Part shown: positions 32,733-38,400 of the stretch, in pieces | How the letters are laid out: every line of letters begins with the position of its first letter | Position numbering within the stretch: the stretch's first letter is position 1 | Source: Octopus sinensis | Taxonomy: Eukaryota | Direction: 5' to 3' | Assembly: GCF_006345805.1 (NCBI RefSeq) | Contig: NW_021835752.1 | Span: 1 to 38,400 of the forward strand | Length of the DNA: 38,400 bases | The notes under the pieces: model-generated | The model's input: only the letters and a program-made list of their open reading frames with translations | Told to the model about the DNA's origin: nothing | The model's database searches: none | Program-made: the position numbers and the translations under genes

Positions 32733-34454
32733 AGTTTCTTTATTGGCCACACAGGGCTGCACACAGATGGGACAAGTTACAAGGTAGAGCTTTTCTTTTG
32801 GGGGATGAAAAAAACAAAAAACAAAAGAAGCAAAAAAAGGGGGATGGCGTAGGTTTTCGATCAAGAGGGATCGTAAAAGGGAAGGAAAGAACAAAAGAAA
32901 TAATAAATAAAATAAAATAAAAAACAAAAAAAAGGAAAAGGAACAAAAGAAAAGAGAAATGAAAAAAGAAGAAAAAAGGGGAAAAAAGGGGAAGAGGAAA
33001 AAAAAACGATCAATAGGGATCGTGTATCACAGTGTTATGATATATGGTGTAAAGGGGAAAGCAAGTAAGGTTTATCCGTGGGAAGAAAAGCCTACGAAAA
33101 GGACCACGGTAACCTTGGTCAATATTGTTATATGTTACCACATTTGTTTGCAAGTGGGTAACCCTCTGTTTTCAATTTCTGGGTTCATAGGATTATGCTC
33201 AAGGTGGCTTCGTCATTCATACGTGCCATCCTTGCTACATTCACCCTTCTTTTTTTAAAACATTCGCTAGACAAAACTTGCCTCTCTACTCTCACTTTCC
33301 TTTTCAAGTGGTACTTGAAGAAGTTGATGAGAGATTGACCAGAGAGGAAAGTGTTTGTCTCCAATCCTTTCAGACGCGTCCACCAGATACATTCTTTCGC
33401 CATAGCCACAAAGATGATGAAAATAGCTCTTCCTTCCCGTTTGAAGGAAGGAGGCGTGACAATATTGACGATAGACGCAGCTGATAAACCGACTCGTCCC
33501 ACACGTGACAGCAGTTGTTCGACATAAGCCCACAGGTCGGAAATTGTTGGACACTGCACGACTGCGTGCAGAACGGTTTCGCCGCTCTGACCGCATCTCG
33601 GGCAGGTCGGCCCCGTGTTTCTCGAGCCGTGTCTGTAGAGCTTATCCCGAACGGGTAGCGCTTCTCGGTAGCACTGCCAGGCGAGGGATCTCTGGAAATT
33701 GTCCATGGGCCCTGGCCCGAAAGTCGTCCAGAATAGGCGGGTCAGGTACTCCTCGTCAACGTCCAGGTTCGCCCCGAGCTCGTCGTCGTACCTCCCCTCC
33801 ACTAATCCCCTATAGAATGCTTTGGTTGTGATGAAGTCACTCAAGGTCGACCCAGGACGGCAGAGTTGCTTGAGAGCAACGCGACACTCGCGGTGCCATT
33901 CGCCCTTCCTCGGCCTCTTTTTGATCCACGACTGCAGTTCGGTCATGGAGACGAGCTGCGGGAAAGCGTGCCTCACAAACGGCGACCACACCTGTTCACC
34001 GTCGTCTACGAAGAGCCTGAGATGTCGCAGTCTCAGCGCGTGTCTGCGCATCATCAACCACGGCATGCCCAGTCCTCCTTTTAACGGGTGTTGACAGCAA
34101 ATGGATCGCCTGACCATCGGGACGCATCCTTTCCACAAGAAGCGAAAGAGAATGCGTTGTAGTTTGGCGATGGTAGGGTCGGGACAAGGTACGACGGTCA
34201 GGCGGTAGTAGATGACGGACGCGATGTACGTGTGCTCGTGGCTAGACACTATGACGGTGACGTCGTCCGGGTATGCAGACACGCTCGTCCCGCATCCCAG
34301 TTCTCGCGGGATGCCCCTCAAAGTTGCCAGCTTCCGCAATAATTGCCCAAGAGTCAATACGTATAGAAGCGACGAGAGGGGGCATCCCTGACGGACCGAA
34401 CGTGCGATGTCGAAGGGTCTCGATAGATGTCCATTCACGCGAATTACCGAACGG
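32733..34454 (-). mobile_element. Tx1/L1-clade non-LTR retrotransposon, 5'-truncated, with internal deletion
   Basis: Open frame ~34454-33185: VNGHLSRPFDIARSVRQGCPLSSLLYVL (RT motif 4), SAYPDDVTV (YADD variant), LFRFLWKG..RRSICCQHPLKGGLGMP, CCHC finger CPRCGQSGETVLHAVVQC. A ~450-nt 3' UTR ends GGCCAATAAAGAAACT. (TATC)n on both sides. Confidence 0.92.
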
Positions 34455-35041
34455 ATAGATAGATAGATAGATAGATAGACAGACAGACAAACGAACAAAC
34501 GGACTGAGGGACGGACAAGGAGACAGTTACATAGACAGACAGACAGGCAGATCCGATCCAGCCCAACCCAACAAAGAAAAATTTCTGGTAGAATGGTTAG
34601 TCGGGAGAAAGAGATCGACATATACGGTGAGGTATCAGACCGAACAATGTGCCTCGCTATATATCCTCCATCTCGTTTATATACAAGGCATACAAAAATA
34701 GTATGTAAGTTTAGATTTATAAACTTCTGTGCTAGAAAATACGATACTTGCACTCAAATACATTGACATGAAAACGCACGTATGTATCGAGGAGTATACT
34801 GTTTTGTGGGTTAAGTCTGAAGAAAAGCAGCTCGTACGTGACTCCTATTCATTTAGGGCTTTCAAGACAGATTGATGAAAATGTCGGAATTTCCTCAAAA
34901 TAATGACCTGGACTGAATGCTCATAAGATTGGACACAGCTCAAAGCACACGGGAGCCATGTGCTAAATTAATTAGGAATGTGCGAAATTAATTTAGAAGA
35001 ATTAATTCTAATACTAAAATAAAAACCAAAGTGCAGAATCA

Positions 35042-35205
35042 TTAGCACACCTGGCCAAACGTTTGGCGGTCGACTTCATCTTTTATCCTTCCAGGTTTGA
35101 TGAAATAAGCACCGGTTGAGTATTGGAGGGAGGCCGATGTAATCGACTTACCCTCCACCCCTAATTAATTGCTGGCCTTGTGCCAAAGTTTGAAACCAAT
35201 ATTAC
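35042..35205 (+). mobile_element. SINE family A (A2 tail), diverged
   Basis: GTCGACTTCATCTTTTATCCTTCCAGGTTTGATGAAATAAGCACCGG..GCCTTGTGCCAAAGTTTGAAACC. Confidence 0.7.
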
Positions 35206-35317
35206 AATACAAGACTGAGTTAGTTTAAGAGAAAGGTGTGGATGCAATTTACTTCGATTTAATTTCTGTCAAAAAAATTGCTTAGAGTGACTCGAAGAGT
35301 TTAATAAAAGGAAGACA

Positions 35318-35452
35318 TTTATTTCGTCGATGTCGAGTGTGATGGAAGGCAAAGTCGACCTCGGTGGCATTTGAACTCAGAACGTAAATATACAAAAGAA
35401 AAAAAAACGCTAAGCATTTCGTCCATCATGCTAACAATTCTGCTAGCTAGCG
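35318..35452 (-). mobile_element. SINE family A head fragment
   Basis: GGAAGGCAAAGTCGACCTCGGTGGCATTTGAACTCAGAACGTAA..CTAAGCATTTCGTCC..CTAACAATTCTGCTAGCT. Confidence 0.8.
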
Positions 35453-35468
35453 GCTTTATATCATAATA

Positions 35469-35850
35469 ATGGGCTACAGCAAATATTCTGCTCAATAGCA
35501 CAGATTTGCTTGTCAGTTGTTTGACCTTAACCAGTTGAGCATGTCCCTTAATGGCTGACGATATGTGCATCTCTGATCATGAGCAGAAGTAGTGGGGGAG
35601 CATCGGAGCCATGTGTTGAGAGGGATTCTTTGGGGTTTGAATAATTCACATCTGGAAACATGGGTGTTTTGTTCAACATCCTTAAACAACCCTTATTCAG
35701 GGACCTTTTGAGCGGGATGGGTTACTCGACCAGAAGAAAATTCTAACTGCAAGGTCATGTGCTGTTTATCTTGATATGAAATCACCATGTTTGGCACATA
35801 TGGTTGTGATGCATGTGCCTAGTGTACCCTCACTCAATAGTAATAATAAT
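35469..35850 (+). repeat. Dispersed repeat family E, second copy (two internal deletions)
   Basis: Colinear with 16831-17305 but lacks ~11 nt after TTCTAACT and ~80 nt after GTACCCT. Confidence 0.8.
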
Positions 35851-35854
35851 ATTA

Positions 35855-35910
<56 letters not shown>

Positions 35911-35954
35911 AATAATAATAATAATAATAATAATAAGAAGAAGAAGAAGAATCA

Positions 35955-36162
35955 TTTCTACTATAGGTACAAGGCTTGAAATTCTGCAATTTTGGGGGAT
36001 GGGGCCAGTCGATTAGATCGACCCCAGTACTCAAGTAGTATTTATTTTATCGTTCGCGAAGGATGAGTGGCTAAGTCAACCTTGACGGAATTTGAACTTA
36101 GAACGTACAGACGGACGAATTGCCGCTAAGCATTTTATCCGGCGTGATAACGATTCGCCACC
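35955..36162 (-). mobile_element. SINE family A (A2 tail)
   Basis: GGTACAAGGCTTGAAATT..AGTCGATTAGATCGACCCCAGTAC..GGAATTTGAACTTAGAACGT..CTAAGCATTTTATCCGGCGTG. Confidence 0.8.
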
Positions 36163-36244
36163 TGTTTTTTTGTTTTATTATATCATTTTTCTACTACAGG
36201 TAGAAAGTCTACAATTTAAATTTTTTTGTTAGTGGTGGAGGGGA

Positions 36245-36400
36245 GAGGGAGCCAGTCGCTTGCCTCGCAGCCAGGGCTAAACTGATACTTCTTTTATCGA
36301 CCTCTAAAGATTGATCTTGGTGAGTTGAACTCAGAACACAAAGAACCAGAGGAAATGCGAAAGAATTTCTTCAAAGTGCTTAATTATGCTGCTAGCTCAT
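36245..36400 (-). mobile_element. SINE family A, highly diverged
   Basis: ACTGATACTTCTTTTATCGACC..GTTGAACTCAGAAC..GCTGCTAGCTC. Confidence 0.5.
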
Positions 36401-36759
36401 GAAACGAATTCCTACCCGTGGACGGATGCGAACTCAAAACAAAAAGCACAAATGAAATGAATTTTTTTTTTAATATCACTCTTACGGATTCGGCCAATGA
36501 AATCAAATTATTCCGATGTTTTAGTTTAGAGTTTTATTTTATTTTTAATTCATTTTTATTTCAGAAATTAAGTGCGCACATACGCAAATAAGAAGAGACA
36601 TACAGAGATATAAACAAAACAAAGAAAAAAAGGTTCAAATAACATAATTTAAACAAAAATAAATAGAAAATATCAGTAGAGTCCATAGAAATCATTTTTG
36701 GAATCTTATTACCAAACGGTAACGTGTGTGTCATTCACATACACTTGCGAACAGGGAAC

Positions 36760-36942
36760 TACATACATACATACATACATACATACATACATGTACATAC
36801 ATACATACATACAAGCATACATACATACATATACATACAAACGCACACATATATATATATATGTGTGCTTCACTCTCACTCTCATCGCTATATGTATCTC
36901 TCTCTCTTATATATATATGTATATGTATATATATATGTGTGT

Positions 36943-36975
<33 letters not shown>

Positions 36976-37207
36976 CTATATATACATATATATATATATA
37001 TATAATGTATATGTGTGTATGTTGTTTTTGTCTATATATATATACCACACACATATACATATATATATATACATATATATATGTATATATATATATATGT
37101 ATGATATTATACATATAACATGTATGTATAGGTACATAAATGTATATCTTATCTATCGATATATATATATATGTATGTACGTATATATATATATATATAC
37201 ATATATG

Positions 37208-37275
<68 letters not shown>

Positions 37276-37300
37276 CAGAAAGACAGATAGATAGATATAA
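36760..37300. repeat. Compound (CATA)n/(TA)n/(GATA)n microsatellite
   Basis: Directly visible. Similar compound tracts occur at ~280-510, 5890-6380, 13290-13860, 25600-26240 and 37850-38380. Confidence 0.95.
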
Positions 37301-37553
37301 CGACTCTCTTCTCCAGCCCAAAAATGACGAAATAAACCGCTGATTCCCCCCCCCCCCCGCTACCCAGACACCCCTACCTCACCCCGAACTCTACAAAAAC
37401 ACCACTTATATAAAAAAAAAGAAAAACGTCCGGCGCGTGTGGCCTCGACTTCAATCCACTCTTTGAACGATTAAAAAATATAGCAAAACTCCACAAGACA
37501 TTCTTTCTTCCTTGGTCACAGAGAAGGTCACACACACACACACACACATACAT

Positions 37554-37584
<31 letters not shown>

Positions 37585-37972
37585 TACATACATACATACA
37601 TACATAATATTTATTTATTATTTTGATTGTTTTAAACTTCGAATTATTCTACTTTTGTTTTAATTCTTTGAAATTCTTTATTTTTATTGTGATTTTTTTT
37701 TTGTCCGGACACACGGTAATGCTTTTTACCATTCTATGTCTCCATGCTCTTTTTTTTTGTTTATTATAATTTTTTTTGTATGTTGCGCTGCTTTTATTTT
37801 TGTTTTGTTGTATGAAACATAAGCAGATATACAAATATATATATACATACGCACATACATAAATAAATTTATATATATGCATGGTGTGTGTGTGCGTGTG
37901 TGTGTATATATATGTTTATATACATTTATATGTATATATATATGTAGGTTTGTATGTGTGCATATGCATACA

Positions 37973-38063
<91 letters not shown>

Positions 38064-38400
38064 AGAATGATATATCTATGTATGTGTATGCATGTGTACA
38101 CATGTAGATATGCATATGTATGTGCATATATATATATGAATGTGCGTGTCTGTTTGCGGTTGTGCTTTGGGTGTTTGTAGTATATATATATATAGATAGA
38201 TAGATAGATAGATAGATAGACAGATAGATGGATAGATGTGTAGGGTAGTAGAGAGAGGGAGAAACAGAGATATGTATACATGTGGGTATATATATATTAT
38301 ATGTATATGCTTATCTATCTATTGCTATGTGTACACACACACACACACACACACACACAACACACACACACACACACGTCAATATCATTCGCTGGTTTCC

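Noticed and set aside
33185-34753. 522-aa ORF as a host gene
   Set aside because: The first ~100 codons come from flank and (TATC)n sequence read in frame by chance. The rest is a truncated Tx1 ORF2.
34817-34838. CTGAAGAAAAGCAGCTCGTAC as a hammerhead
   Set aside because: No GAAA and no stems I or III, so it is compatible with chance or complete decay.
164-38281. The many YIYI/CVCV/HTHT/LSIY, poly-His, poly-Val, poly-Gly and poly-Met ORFs
   Set aside because: They are translations of di-, tri- and tetranucleotide microsatellites that lack stop codons, and overlapping ORFs occur in several frames.

Overview
Eukaryotic (metazoan) intergenic or intronic DNA, very AT-rich and dense with microsatellites. 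The repeat families look like those of Octopus (inference from recalled repeat consensus, not searched). No host protein-coding gene, rRNA, true tRNA or CRISPR array is supportable, and almost all ORFs in the track are microsatellite translations. The window contains: (i) at least four tRNA-derived SINE families, here labelled A-D, with shuffled heads, central domains and tails, three copies having clear target-site duplications (TSDs); (ii) retrotransposon remnants, namely a 1.7-kb Tx1/L1-clade copy embedded in (GATA)n, an RTE RT 3' fragment, a CR1/L2-group 3' fragment and an RTE-like 5' UTR with a possible HDV-like ribozyme remnant; (iii) Tc1/mariner remnants; (iv) several small non-coding elements, mostly next to (TA)n, carrying minimal hammerhead-ribozyme folds of the Penelope-like/retrozyme type. 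The best hammerhead (10695-10736, inverted copy 10457-10498) has a complete fold with a compensatory U3:A8 core pair, inside a circularly permuted unit of about 362 nt. A second family appears to use G3:C8. SINE A shares its last ~50 nt with the 3' end of the Tx1 element, suggesting a SINE-LINE partnership. All alignments and folds were done by eye.
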